Assembly: GCA_965228895.1 (NCBI GenBank)
Contig: OZ245842.1
Span: 1,472,001 to 1,536,000, forward strand
Length of the DNA: 64,000 nucleotides
Direction of reading: 5' to 3'
Source: Alphaproteobacteria bacterium
Lineage (GTDB): Bacteria > Pseudomonadota > Alphaproteobacteria > SP197
Part shown: in pieces, positions 1 to 9,812 of the stretch
How the letters are laid out: each line of letters opens with the position of its first letter
Numbering within the stretch: the stretch's first letter is position 1
The notes under the pieces: model-generated
What the model was told of the DNA's origin: nothing
The model's input: the letters and a program-made list of their open reading frames with translations, nothing else
The model's database searches: none
Translations under genes and position numbers: made by a program

Positions 1-584
1 AGGGCATCGATCGTACCGAGCGTCATCGCGGCCAGATGATCGACGCTGCCGTCGCCGACATCCTTGCCCGACCCACCATGGCCGGGCAGGTCGAACGCGT
101 AGACCGCGCGGCCCTCCGCCAGGACCGGCTGGTTGAACATCCACAGATTGAGGTCGCCGCCAAAGCCGTGGACCAGGACGACAGGCACGCCACCGTCGCC
201 ATGGACGAGGTACTGGATTGTCTGGCCGTCGACCTCGACGGTCTGGGGCTGCGGCCCGCCATCAGCCTCGTCATCGTCCGGCGCGACAACGACAAAGCCG
301 TCGACGAACGCATCGATTTCCTCGTCGCCCACATCGGACGGCGCGATGATGCCGAGCAGCCCGCCGACCGGCAGCGTCTGGCCGACCGCCGCCACATGGC
401 GGCGCAGGACACCGGCGTCCTTGGCTTCGATGGCGTTGGCGATCTTGGTCGATTCGACGTCCAAGACCTCGTCGCCGGCGTTCACCTGACCGCCTTCATC
501 GATATGCCAGGCCGTGACCGTGCCTTCGTCCATCGCCATGCCCCACTTGGGCACGGTGATGGCGATGATACCGCTCTCGCTCAT
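1..584 (-). CDS. acoC: Acetoin dehydrogenase E2-type subunit (lipoyl domain + alpha/beta hydrolase), 3' end runs off the window
   Basis: Not in the ORF track; read manually. ATG at 584 overlaps the acoB stop (ATGA). MSESGIIAITVPKWGMAMDEG...VESTKIAN is a lipoyl domain, followed by VLVHGFGGD...FDLPGHG hydrolase motifs. Confidence 0.88.
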   Translation of the reverse strand, partial: MSESGIIAITVPKWGMAMDEGTVTAWHIDEGGQVNAGDEVLDVESTKIANAIEAKDAGVLRRHVAAVGQTLPVGGLLGIIAPSDVGDEEIDAFVDGFVVVAPDDDEADGGPQPQTVEVDGQTIQYLVHGDGGVPVVLVHGFGGDLNLWMFNQPVLAEGRAVYAFDLPGHGGSGKDVGDGSVDHLAAMTLGTIDA

Positions 585-1600
585 CCGCCGTAGCCCACGG
601 TCTTGCGCACGGCGTCGGCGATATCATCCGGCGTCGGGATGAACGCCTGCTCAAGCTCCGGTGCGAACGGCACGGGCACATGCGGCGGTGACACCATCTC
701 GATCGGCGCCTTCAGGTCGGCGAACCCCTGTTGGGCGACCAATGCGGAGATGTCGGTCGCCATGTTGCAGCGCGGATAGGCTTCGTCGACCACGACCAGG
801 CGTCCGGTGTTTTCGACGCTTTCCAGGATCGTGTCCTCGTCCAAGGGCGAGATCGTGCGCGGATCAACGATCTCGCACTCGATGCCTTCCTTGGCGAGTG
901 TCTCGGCAGCCTGCTTGGCCATGTGCACCATGCGCGCGATCGCGACGATCGTGCAGTCGCCGCCGTCGCGCACGATGTTCGCCTCGCCGAACGGGATGGT
1001 ATAGGGCTCTTCCGGCACCTCGTCCTTGACCTCGTCATACATCACCTTGTGTTCAAAGAAGATGACGGGGTCGTTGTCGCGCACCGCCTGGATCATCAGA
1101 CCTTTGGCGTCGTAGGCCGACGACGGGATGACGCATTTGATGCCGGGGATGTGGGCGAAGATCGGATAGAGGCACTGGCTGTGCTGGGCGGCGGCGTTGT
1201 AGCCGGCGCCGATCTGGGTACGGATGACGACGGGCGTCTCCGCCTTGCCGCCGAACATGTACCGGAACTTCGCCGCCTGGTTCATGATCTGGTCAAAACA
1301 CACGCCCATGAAGTCGACGAACATCAGCTCGGCAATGGGCCTGAGACCGCTGGTCGCCGCGCCGACCGCCGAGCCGATGATGGCGGATTCGCTGATCGGC
1401 GTATCCAGCACCCGGTCTTCGCCGAAGCGCGGCTGGAGGCCCTTGGTGATGCCCATGTCGCCGCCCCAGGCGTCCTGCTCGCCGGGTGCGCCTTTGCCGC
1501 CGGCGATATCCTCGCCCAGCATGATGACGCGTTCGTCTTCTTCCATAACCTGGCGGAAGGCTTCCGAAAGGGCCTGCCGCATGCTCAGGGTTCGTGCCAT
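581..1600 (-). CDS. acoB: Acetoin:DCPIP oxidoreductase (TPP-dependent E1) beta subunit
   Basis: RVLDTPISESAIIG, ELMFVDF, AAQHSQ, DNDPVIFFEHK motifs; lies between acoA and acoC. Confidence 0.92.
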   Translation of the reverse strand: MARTLSMRQALSEAFRQVMEEDERVIMLGEDIAGGKGAPGEQDAWGGDMGITKGLQPRFGEDRVLDTPISESAIIGSAVGAATSGLRPIAELMFVDFMGVCFDQIMNQAAKFRYMFGGKAETPVVIRTQIGAGYNAAAQHSQCLYPIFAHIPGIKCVIPSSAYDAKGLMIQAVRDNDPVIFFEHKVMYDEVKDEVPEEPYTIPFGEANIVRDGGDCTIVAIARMVHMAKQAAETLAKEGIECEIVDPRTISPLDEDTILESVENTGRLVVVDEAYPRCNMATDISALVAQQGFADLKAPIEMVSPPHVPVPFAPELEQAFIPTPDDIADAVRKTVGYGG

Positions 1601-1612
1601 GGCCGGCCTCCT

Positions 1613-2599
1613 TCAGTAGCTGATGTAGACGTCGGTGGTCAGATCGGCGGCGGTGGGTCGCGGTGCGCTGCGGGCATCCGCGACGGCCTGATCGATGAGA
1701 GACGCCACCTCGCTGTCGACGGCATCCATGTCGCCCGTGTCCAACAGGCTCGCCTCGGTGACACGCTGGCGGAACAGTTTGAGGCAATCGTGGTTCTCGC
1801 GCAGGTTGGCGGCCTCGTCCTTGCCGCGATAGGACTGGTTGTCGCCTTCGTGGTGACCGTAGAAACGGCCGAACTTGACCTCGATCAGGGTCGGCCCGCC
1901 GCCGCTCCTGGCGCGCTCGATCGCCTCGGCAGCGCCATCGTGCACGGCGAAGAAGTCGAACCCGTCGACCTGGATGCCCGGCATGCCGAAGGCCTCGGCC
2001 CGATTGACGATGTCGCCGCAGGCCACCGACCATGACGACGACGTGGTCTCAGCATAGCCGTTGTTCTCGAAGACAAAGATCACCGGCAAATCGAACACGG
2101 CGGCGAAGTTCATGCTCTCAAACGTCGTGCCCTGGTTCGAACCGCCATCGCCGGTGAAGGTCACCGCGACCTTGCCGTTCTTCAACGTCTTGGCGGCGAG
2201 GCCGGCGCCGCAGGCAAGCGGCGGGCCGCCGCCGACAATGGCGTTGGCGCCCATCATGCCCTTCGACAGATCCGCAATGTGCATGGAGCCGCCCTTGCCG
2301 GCGCAAAGACCATCGGACGAACCCCACAGCTCCTTCATCATGCCGGTGACATCGCAGCCCTTGGCGATGCAATGGCCGTGACCGCGATGGGTCGAGCAAA
2401 TCTTGTCTTCGTCATCCAGATTGAGGCAGACGCCGACCGCCGAGGCCTCCTCGCCGGCATAAAGATGGACAAAGCCGGGCAGGTGGCCCGCCTCGAACTC
2501 CTCGTGCACACGCTCCTCGAAGTCGCGGATCGTGCGCATGGTGCGGTAGGCCTCCAGGAGTTTGTCGCGACTTAGTTGAAGGGCGGTGCCTGCGGTCAT
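1613..2599 (-). CDS. acoA: Acetoin dehydrogenase E1 alpha subunit
   Basis: PGFVHLYAGEEA, STHRGHGH, GKGGSMH, TPP motif GDGG...NN. Confidence 0.92.
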   Translation of the reverse strand: MTAGTALQLSRDKLLEAYRTMRTIRDFEERVHEEFEAGHLPGFVHLYAGEEASAVGVCLNLDDEDKICSTHRGHGHCIAKGCDVTGMMKELWGSSDGLCAGKGGSMHIADLSKGMMGANAIVGGGPPLACGAGLAAKTLKNGKVAVTFTGDGGSNQGTTFESMNFAAVFDLPVIFVFENNGYAETTSSSWSVACGDIVNRAEAFGMPGIQVDGFDFFAVHDGAAEAIERARSGGGPTLIEVKFGRFYGHHEGDNQSYRGKDEAANLRENHDCLKLFRQRVTEASLLDTGDMDAVDSEVASLIDQAVADARSAPRPTAADLTTDVYISY

Positions 2600-2960
2600 G
2601 ATGTGTTCTCCGAGCTGGTGGTCGTCGTTCCAGCCTTTTCGTCAGGAAGCCGACGATCCGATCGATTTGTGCCGGTCCGGCTGTGTGACCCATAGAATGT
2701 CATCGTCAATGATTGGAACGCAATCGACAGCCGGCACGAGAATAAATGGTCAGTTAGTACGATGCGAGTCGGCGCCATCATACATTGCGGTGCAAACGCC
2801 TTGACCCGGCTCCGGCGATCGCTAAGGATTTGTCGGCTTTCCGATCGGTGAAAATCGGCTGGGTGGGCTGTCTGACGGTTCGACACGGCAGCGGGTTAGC
2901 GGGATCGACTGTTCGGGATGATCCTTTCCGACATGATCTTCCTGACGAGAGGTGAACGTT

Positions 2961-4109
2961 ATGGTGATTCACAACCTGCATCCTGCGGGGTTCGAGCGGG
3001 TCAACGACGACGCGTCCGAATCCAAGGTCTTGGCGCCCACCTACTACATCGACCCCCGCGCCTTCGAGATCGAGAAGCGCGATGTCTTCCAAAAATCGTG
3101 GCTCTACGCCTGCCACGAAAATCAAGTGGCCGAGCCCGGTGATCAACTGCCGCTTGATGTCGGCGGTCAGCCACTTGTCGTCGTGCACGGCCGCGATGGG
3201 AACATCCGCGCGTTCTTCAATGTCTGCGCCCACCGCGGCATGACCGTGGTCAACCGGCAGACCTGTGCGAACACACTCAAATGCCCCTATCACGGTTGGG
3301 TCTATGACCTCTCCGGGCGGCTGGTGGCCGCGCGCAACACCAGCCATCTGGGAGATTTCGAAAACCAGGGATTTGCGTTGAAGGAGGTCAAGGTCGCGTT
3401 GCACCAAGGCTTGGTCTTCGTGAACTACGACCCCGGCGCCCCAGCGCTGGGCGAGACGATTGGTCCGGTCTTTGATGACATTTCGCGCCTCGGGCTTGAT
3501 CCCGCGCGCTTCCATCTGGGCAAGGTGGTCGACTATCCGGTTGAGACCAACTGGAAGATCGCCATCGACAACTACGTCGAGTGTTATCACTGCCCCGTCG
3601 CCCATCCTGGCATCGAGAAGTTCTTCGAATACGAAAAGACCTTCGCCGACGTGCAGGATTGGGGCGTGGTGGCCGGCGGTCCGCCCGATGTCGAGACGCT
3701 GGCGGTTTACAAGCGCGAATGCGAGGCAAACGGCTGGCCGCTCGTCGCGGAGACCCGCTACAGCTGGGCCTGGCCCAACATCATGTATCTGATCGGCTGG
3801 GCGCCACGGCCTCATCTGATGGTCTGGACGATCGAACCGGTTGCTTATGACCGCATCATCTTCCGTCACAATTATTTCTTCTATGATGCCGAGCCTGACG
3901 CCGATCAGCTCGCCTTTGTCCATGCCATCGACAAGGTGCAGCAGGAAGACAACCCGATCCTGGAAGGCGTCTGGCAGGGCATGAATTCACTTGGTTTCGC
4001 CGGCCAGGGTACCTACGTGATCAACGATGCCGATACCTACCAGACCGAGCGGGGCGTCTGGCAGTTTCACCACAGGCTGCAGCAGATTTACGACCGCGCG
4101 GGCATGTAG
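2961..4109 (+). CDS. Rieske non-heme iron oxygenase alpha subunit (CntA/choline monooxygenase-like)
   Basis: Rieske CAHRG...CPYHGW; mononuclear Fe site DNYVECYHCPVAHP and QED; RBS GAGAGGTG before ATG 2961. Confidence 0.88.
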   Translation: MVIHNLHPAGFERVNDDASESKVLAPTYYIDPRAFEIEKRDVFQKSWLYACHENQVAEPGDQLPLDVGGQPLVVVHGRDGNIRAFFNVCAHRGMTVVNRQTCANTLKCPYHGWVYDLSGRLVAARNTSHLGDFENQGFALKEVKVALHQGLVFVNYDPGAPALGETIGPVFDDISRLGLDPARFHLGKVVDYPVETNWKIAIDNYVECYHCPVAHPGIEKFFEYEKTFADVQDWGVVAGGPPDVETLAVYKRECEANGWPLVAETRYSWAWPNIMYLIGWAPRPHLMVWTIEPVAYDRIIFRHNYFFYDAEPDADQLAFVHAIDKVQQEDNPILEGVWQGMNSLGFAGQGTYVINDADTYQTERGVWQFHHRLQQIYDRAGM

Positions 4110-4231
4110 ATTTCGGTCGAGGACTGGTCAAATCGGCCAAAAACGGCGAACATGGCGCCAGCACCCGGCTGAGCCCGCTGGGATGTGACGCCGCCGCGTC
4201 ACCGGGCCAATTCATGATGGAGAGAATGACG

Positions 4232-5017
4232 ATGAGTGATCTGAAGGTCCTGAAGTTCGAGAATGGCGGGCCGGCCGATACCGGCATGACCGAATGGGAA
4301 GAAATCCCGCAGTCGTCGCTGACCGCCGGCACGCCGGTCCAGACCGGCCACAACTATTTTACCGACGACACGGGCACGCTGACCGCGGGCGTCTGGCACT
4401 GCACGCCGATGACGGCGAAGCCGGGTCCCTATGACGTCAACGAGTTTATGCTGGTGCTCGATGGTTCCGTCACCATCATCCACGAGAACGGCGATGAGCA
4501 CACGATCCGGGCGGGCGAGAGCTTTGTCATCCCGAAGGGCATGCCGTGCACGTGGAAACAGACCGAAGACATCCTGAAGTTCTATGTGATCCACGACGAT
4601 CCGTCGGGCGAGGTGCTTGGTGACGACGCTTTGAACGTGCGCTTGCCTAACCCGGCGGACGATCTGGCGCCGGTCGGCGAGCAGGACACGTCGCGCTATA
4701 TCGGCGATGTGCCCGAGCAGACCGTCAAGGTCTATTTCCAGGACGCTACCGAGCAGATGACGGTTGGTATCTGGACGACAACGGAAATGCACACCAAACC
4801 GGCGCCGTTCCCCAGGAACGAGCTGATGCACATCCTGGAAGGCGAGGTCACGCTGACCGACGACCACGGCAAGAAGACGACCTACAAGGCCGGCGACACG
4901 TTCCTGGTGCCCAAGGGCATCACCTATCAGTGGGACAGCACGGGCTTCGTGAAGAAGATCTTCTGTATCTTCCAGCCGAAAGAGTCCGTCGCGGCAGCCG
5001 CTGACGCCGCCGAGTAG
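4232..5017 (+). CDS. Tandem cupin (DUF861/EutQ-like) protein
   Basis: Two copies of G(V/I)W..T...E.M.(V/I)L(D/E)G.VT...AG(E/D).F..PKG. Confidence 0.8.
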   Translation: MSDLKVLKFENGGPADTGMTEWEEIPQSSLTAGTPVQTGHNYFTDDTGTLTAGVWHCTPMTAKPGPYDVNEFMLVLDGSVTIIHENGDEHTIRAGESFVIPKGMPCTWKQTEDILKFYVIHDDPSGEVLGDDALNVRLPNPADDLAPVGEQDTSRYIGDVPEQTVKVYFQDATEQMTVGIWTTTEMHTKPAPFPRNELMHILEGEVTLTDDHGKKTTYKAGDTFLVPKGITYQWDSTGFVKKIFCIFQPKESVAAAADAAE

Positions 5018-5023
5018 CAGCCA

Positions 5024-5182
5024 CCCTCACCCTCCCAGCGCTTCGCGCCGGGCCCCTCCCTCTCCCGGAGACCGGGAGAGGGGACCTGTCGCCAGCTTTC
5101 TTGCCCTTGCCCCCAACGAGAGTGGGGGAGAGGGTTGTGAAGGCTTGGGCGCGTCAGCGTCCTAGCCGGAGCTGGGTGAGGG
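5024..5182. repeat. Composite palindromic REP/RIME-like intergenic element
   Basis: Terminal inverted repeat CCCTCACCC (5024) / GGGTGAGGG (5174-5182); internal hairpins CCCTCTCCCGG-aga-CCGGGAGAGGG and GGCTTGGGCGC-gtca-GCGTCCTAGCC; sits between convergent genes. Confidence 0.7.
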
Positions 5183-5197
5183 GGCTTTGTTGCGGCG

Positions 5198-5950
5198 CTA
5201 AACACCGAGCCCGTCGAGCACAAGTTTGGCGCCGACAATCACGAGAAAACCGTAGCACAATCGATAGAACAGCTCCTGCGGCACCCGGCCATGCAGGCGG
5301 AAACCGATCCACATGCCGAGCGGCGCCAATGGCGCCAGCACAAGCGCTGTCAGCAACGTGGTCTCGGTAAAGAGGCCCAGACCGGCATAGGGCACCAGCT
5401 TGACGTAGTTGATGACGGTGAAGAAAACGACGGTGGTGCCGACATACAGCGTCTTGTCGAGGTTCTGGGCGAGCAGGAAGACCTGTACCGGCGGCCCGCC
5501 AGCATGGGCGATGAAGCTGGTGAAACCGGATATGGCGCCGGCAGCCGGTCCCATCCAAGGCGGCACCGGCAGACGCGTCAGGGGCGCGATGCGCTGGAGC
5601 CAGTAATTGAGCGCGAAGACGAGCGCAATGCCGCCGATGATCAGGCGGATGCTCGCTTCATCGATGGTGCCGAAGGTCAACGCCGCCAGGGCCATGCCGA
5701 CAAAAGCGCCGGGCACCAACAACAAGATCATGCGGCGGTGCCAGGTACCCCAATAGGACTTGAGGCCGAAAACATCCATCGCGCACAGAACAGGCGCCAT
5801 GATCGCGGCCGCCTCGATCGGCGACACACTCATCGCCATTAACGGCACCGCGAGGATGCCGAGTCCGCCGCCAAATCCGCCCTTCGAGACACCCGACACC
5901 AGCACCGCCGGGATCGCGGCGGCGTAGAACCAGAAACTCTCAAGCGGCAA
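5198..5950 (-). CDS. TSUP (TauE/SafE) family membrane transporter
   Basis: GVSKGGFGGG, SFIAHAGGPP, NYVKLVPY motifs; hydrophobic; TTG start chosen because the longer ORF overlaps the upstream gene. Confidence 0.85.
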   Translation of the reverse strand: MPLESFWFYAAAIPAVLVSGVSKGGFGGGLGILAVPLMAMSVSPIEAAAIMAPVLCAMDVFGLKSYWGTWHRRMILLLVPGAFVGMALAALTFGTIDEASIRLIIGGIALVFALNYWLQRIAPLTRLPVPPWMGPAAGAISGFTSFIAHAGGPPVQVFLLAQNLDKTLYVGTTVVFFTVINYVKLVPYAGLGLFTETTLLTALVLAPLAPLGMWIGFRLHGRVPQELFYRLCYGFLVIVGAKLVLDGLGV

Positions 5951-5970
5951 GGCGTCGACCCGGCTTGTTG

Positions 5971-6570
5971 CTAATAGACCTCGAAATGAGCCTCTGTCGG
6001 TTCGCCGGCCTTGCCGTTGATCGGCAGGATATCCTGCGGGCAGGCGGACATGGCGACAACGCAGTCCATCTCGGCCTTGAAGACGACGTAGTCGCCGGGT
6101 TTGGTGACCGGCGCCTCGAACGACAGGCCGCCCTCCGGCGTCCACGGGATGTTCATGAAGAGATTGAGCGGCGCCGGTGTGTGGGTTTCTTTCAGACCCA
6201 GCTCCGTCAGACCGGTGGTCAGGTTGTCGGCGCAGTTGTCGTGATAGTCCTTGACCCCCAAAAGGCCATAGCGCCAGCGGTCGCAGGCCGCCATCTGGGT
6301 GTCGTGAACGCCGGGCGAGGTGTCTTCCACCAGGGTCAGGATCGGGCGGCGCTGGTTGGTAACCAGATGGTCGCCGACCTTGGGCACCATGCGCTGGTTA
6401 TAGGCCCGCGTCGCGTCCATCGCCATGAACTCGGCGATATCGCCGGCGTTGAAAGCCCAGGTGTCGACGACCTGCTCGCCATGGGTGTTGATGATCTTGA
6501 TGTGCTGGCCTTTTTTGACATGTGCGGCCTTGCCGCCGCGCGCCGGAACTGTGACAGTTTCGCCAGACAT
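5971..6570 (-). CDS. Urea carboxylase-associated / DUF1989 family protein
   Basis: GEQVVDTWAF, DTSPGVHDT..AACD, NCADN, PLNLFMNIP, SACPQD; RBS GGGAGG. Confidence 0.85.
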   Translation of the reverse strand: MSGETVTVPARGGKAAHVKKGQHIKIINTHGEQVVDTWAFNAGDIAEFMAMDATRAYNQRMVPKVGDHLVTNQRRPILTLVEDTSPGVHDTQMAACDRWRYGLLGVKDYHDNCADNLTTGLTELGLKETHTPAPLNLFMNIPWTPEGGLSFEAPVTKPGDYVVFKAEMDCVVAMSACPQDILPINGKAGEPTEAHFEVY

Positions 6571-6662
6571 GACGTGCACCTCCCTTAACGATTTGACGAT
6601 GAGATGGCCGCTATTGTGGTCATCTGCGCGGCGTGTGCAATGGTGTCGGCGGTAACCCCGGC

Positions 6663-7289
6663 ATGAGCGGGCCGATCGACACCGTGGATGATCTGCGCCA
6701 TGGCATCGCCTGTCTGGGTCAATTGGAAGAGCGCTTTGCCGAAGTTCACAAGGCAACCGGCGATCCACCGCTCAGGCGCGAGGCCGGCGGATTCGCGTCG
6801 CTCATCAGAATGATCGTCTACCAACATGTGTCCTTGACCAGCGCCGGTGCGACCTGGGCGCGGCTGGAACAACGAACCGGAACCGTGTCGCCCCCGGCCA
6901 TTGCGGCTCTCGACCAACAGGCCTTGCGCGACTCCGGCCTGACCTTCGCCAAGGCGCGTTCCTGTTTGGCGATCGCGGAGCAGATCGTTGACGGGCGGTT
7001 CGACCTGGAGGCCCTGACTAAGATGGAGGACGGACCGGCACGCAAGGCGCTGATCGCTCTGCCCGGCATCGGACCGTGGACGGCCGAACTTTATCTCCTG
7101 ACATGTCTGGGACGCCCCGACGCCTGGCCGGGGGGCGATGTCGCCTTGCGCAGCGCGGCGCAAGACGTGTTCGCGTTGTCGGGGCGTCCGGACACGGCGG
7201 CAATGGAAGTGCTGGCCGAGCCGTGGCGGCCATGGCGTGCGGTGGCTGCGCGTCTGTTGTGGTCCTATTACCGGCACGCAGGTGTCTAA
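6663..7289 (+). CDS. alkA: DNA-3-methyladenine glycosylase II (HhH-GPD)
   Basis: LIALPGIGPWTAE HhH motif, DAWPGGDVAL, WRPWRAVA. Confidence 0.85.
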   Translation: MSGPIDTVDDLRHGIACLGQLEERFAEVHKATGDPPLRREAGGFASLIRMIVYQHVSLTSAGATWARLEQRTGTVSPPAIAALDQQALRDSGLTFAKARSCLAIAEQIVDGRFDLEALTKMEDGPARKALIALPGIGPWTAELYLLTCLGRPDAWPGGDVALRSAAQDVFALSGRPDTAAMEVLAEPWRPWRAVAARLLWSYYRHAGV

Positions 7290-7305
7290 GCGTAAGGTCG
7301 AGCTG

Positions 7306-8391
7306 ATGCCCGAAGAACTCAAAAACTGGTTTGATAAGGCGTTCTACGAGGACCTGGCGTCAGCGATGGGCGAGGCTTATCCGTCATTCGATCAACGCGC
7401 TTTCGTTAGCTCGGCCACCGATGGTCTTGACGCACTTGAGCTAAAGCAGCGACTGATCCGTACGGCCGAGCTGTGTCGTCGCTTCCTGCCTTCGGATTAC
7501 GGTGAAGCGCTCGATATCGTGTACCAGGTCGCACCACGCTATGACGGTCAGTTCCGCGGCATGTTTGCGCCGGAGTTCGTCGGCCTCTACGGCCTCGACG
7601 ATCGCAAACGCTCGCTCGATGCGCTCAAGTTTCTAACCCGGTTCTCGACATCGGAGTCGGCAATCAGGCCGTTTATCGAGCAGGACTTGGCGGGAACGCT
7701 GAACGTGATGGCGCGTTGGGCCAAGGACAAGAACCATCACATCCGTCGGCTGGCGAGCGAAGGCTGCAGGCCGCGGCTTCCTTGGTCATCACGGCTGGAT
7801 GCGCTGATCGACGACCCGACGCCGGTGTTCCCGATTCTTGATACGCTCAAGGCCGACCCTGAACTCTATGTCCGCAAGTCCGTCGCCAACCACTTGAACG
7901 ACATCTCAAAGGACAATCCTGAGATCATGCTGGACTGGGTCTCCGCCTGGGACCGCGGGGACGACCGCACCGCGTGGATCGTGCGCCATGGCGCGCGGAG
8001 TTTGATCAAGGCCGGCCACCCGCGCTCCTTTGCCTTGTTCGGTTTTGAGGCGAAGCCCCGCATAGCCGTGGAGAACCTGAAAGCAAAACCCAAGCGCATC
8101 AAACTCGGGCAAACGGTTACCTTCAGCTTCGACGTCGTCTCACGCGCCCGGCGCGACCAGAAACTCGCGGTCGATTACGCCATCCATTATGTGAAGGCGT
8201 CGGGCCGGCCGTCGCGTAAGGTCTTCAAGCTGACCGAATTCGTGCTGGAGGCCGGCGAGCGTCAGACGATTGAAAAGCGGCAGACGTTCAAAGACTTCTC
8301 GACCCGCACCCATCACCCAGGCCGGCATGTCTTCGAGCTTGTGATCAACGGCAAAACGTACGGCGAGGTCGACTTTCACCTTACGGCGTGA
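7306..8391 (+). CDS. alkC: AlkC-type DNA alkylation repair glycosylase (HEAT-like repeats + C-terminal beta/Ig-like domain)
   Basis: TSESAIRPF, RRLASEGCRPRLPW, LYVRKSVANHLNDISKD, VDYAIHYVKA...KVFK. Confidence 0.8.
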   Translation: MPEELKNWFDKAFYEDLASAMGEAYPSFDQRAFVSSATDGLDALELKQRLIRTAELCRRFLPSDYGEALDIVYQVAPRYDGQFRGMFAPEFVGLYGLDDRKRSLDALKFLTRFSTSESAIRPFIEQDLAGTLNVMARWAKDKNHHIRRLASEGCRPRLPWSSRLDALIDDPTPVFPILDTLKADPELYVRKSVANHLNDISKDNPEIMLDWVSAWDRGDDRTAWIVRHGARSLIKAGHPRSFALFGFEAKPRIAVENLKAKPKRIKLGQTVTFSFDVVSRARRDQKLAVDYAIHYVKASGRPSRKVFKLTEFVLEAGERQTIEKRQTFKDFSTRTHHPGRHVFELVINGKTYGEVDFHLTA

Positions 8392-8399
8392 TGGCGGCG

Positions 8400-9776
8400 T
8401 CAGACCGGTGCGATGTGGCGGCGCGAGATCACGTGGAAGCGCCAGGCGAGCAGGACCGCTGCGATGCCGACGCCGATCAGCTCGGCAACAAGCAATCCCT
8501 GAACCTTCAGATCAAGCGCAATGCCGAGGCCGTAACCTGCCGGCACCATCACGAGCCAGAATGCGGTGAGGCCGATCCAGGTCGTCGGCCAGATATCGCC
8601 CGCGCCGCGCAAGGCGCCGATCAGGACGCCCTGAAGACCGTCGGCCAGGAGCAGGATGGCGGCGAGCGTTATTGCCGGGATTGCGACGACCAGGACCGCC
8701 GGGTCGCTGGTGTACACCCTGGCGACGACGTCCGGGAAAGCGAGGACCAGGGCGCCGATCACAAACATGATCACGGCTATCAGTCCGGTGCCCACCCAAC
8801 CGGCGACGCGCAGTCCCGCCATGTCATGGCGCCCGACGGCATTACCGACACGCACCGCGGTCGCCGCCGACATGCCGATTGCGACCATGAACACGAGAGC
8901 AATGAAGTTGCCGGTGACCTGAAATCCGGCGACCTGGTGCGCGCCCAACCAACCCGCCATCATGGTCAGACTCATGAACGCCGAGGCCTCAAAGCCATAG
9001 GACAGCGCGAGCGGGGCGCCAAGCCTGAGAAAACGTTTTTCCAGAAACCATCGGTCGCGAACTGGGCGTCGCACGCCGAAGGTGTCGCGGTCGCCCATGG
9101 TCAGTACATAGGCGATCAAGACGATCACCATGAACCATCGCGTCAGGCTCGTCGCCAAGATCGCGCCGGCCGCGCCATCGGGCGCAAACGCCACATGGTC
9201 GTAAATGAAAAGCCAGTTCAGTCCGAAGTTCACCACAATGGCCATCAGCATCACCGTCATGCCGGGCCTGGGACGGCTCAAACCCTCCAGAAACATGGTG
9301 GCGGCGATGAACATGTAGATCGCCGGCATGCTTGGCGCGAACATCATCATCGCGTTGCCGCCGCCTGCCGCGAGCTCCGGTGACTGACCGAACAGCAACA
9401 GAATGTCTTCGCTCCATTGCAGCACGATTGCGAACAGGCACCCCAACGCCAAACCGTTTGCGATGGCGATCCACAGGATGTTGCCGCAGCTTTTTTGTTT
9501 GCCGGCGCCATCTGCCTGGGACACCAGAATGGCGGCGCCGCCCATCAGGCCGACGCCCAGGACCAGCATCGCGACCTGGATCGAATAGGCTATGGCGAGA
9601 AACGCCAGCTCCTGGCCGCCGGCATGTCCGGTCATGATGGTATCGGTCGACACCATCACCAGGATGCCGCAGCGCGCGACGATCACCGGACCGGCCAGCT
9701 TGAGCGTGCGCCAGACGTGCTCGCGAAGCGATTGGGCCGGCGGCCGGCTGGCCGTTGGATGGGGAACGGCGGTCAA
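8400..9776 (-). CDS. MATE family efflux transporter (NorM-like)
   Basis: DTIMTGH, about 12 hydrophobic segments, VRVGNAVG, DGLQ..GALRG. Confidence 0.9.
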   Translation of the reverse strand: MTAVPHPTASRPPAQSLREHVWRTLKLAGPVIVARCGILVMVSTDTIMTGHAGGQELAFLAIAYSIQVAMLVLGVGLMGGAAILVSQADGAGKQKSCGNILWIAIANGLALGCLFAIVLQWSEDILLLFGQSPELAAGGGNAMMMFAPSMPAIYMFIAATMFLEGLSRPRPGMTVMLMAIVVNFGLNWLFIYDHVAFAPDGAAGAILATSLTRWFMVIVLIAYVLTMGDRDTFGVRRPVRDRWFLEKRFLRLGAPLALSYGFEASAFMSLTMMAGWLGAHQVAGFQVTGNFIALVFMVAIGMSAATAVRVGNAVGRHDMAGLRVAGWVGTGLIAVIMFVIGALVLAFPDVVARVYTSDPAVLVVAIPAITLAAILLLADGLQGVLIGALRGAGDIWPTTWIGLTAFWLVMVPAGYGLGIALDLKVQGLLVAELIGVGIAAVLLAWRFHVISRRHIAPV

Positions 9777-9812
9777 CGAAACTCCTGATCGGGCAGTCGC
9801 GCGTCGCCCGCG

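Noticed and set aside
731-2035. 434-aa plus-strand ORF
   Set aside because: Antisense shadow of acoA/acoB, expected in high-GC DNA; no motifs
2719-2734. Possible sigma54 promoter for acoABC (minus strand CCGGCTGTCGATTGCG)
   Set aside because: GG-GC spacing is 9 nt rather than the required 10
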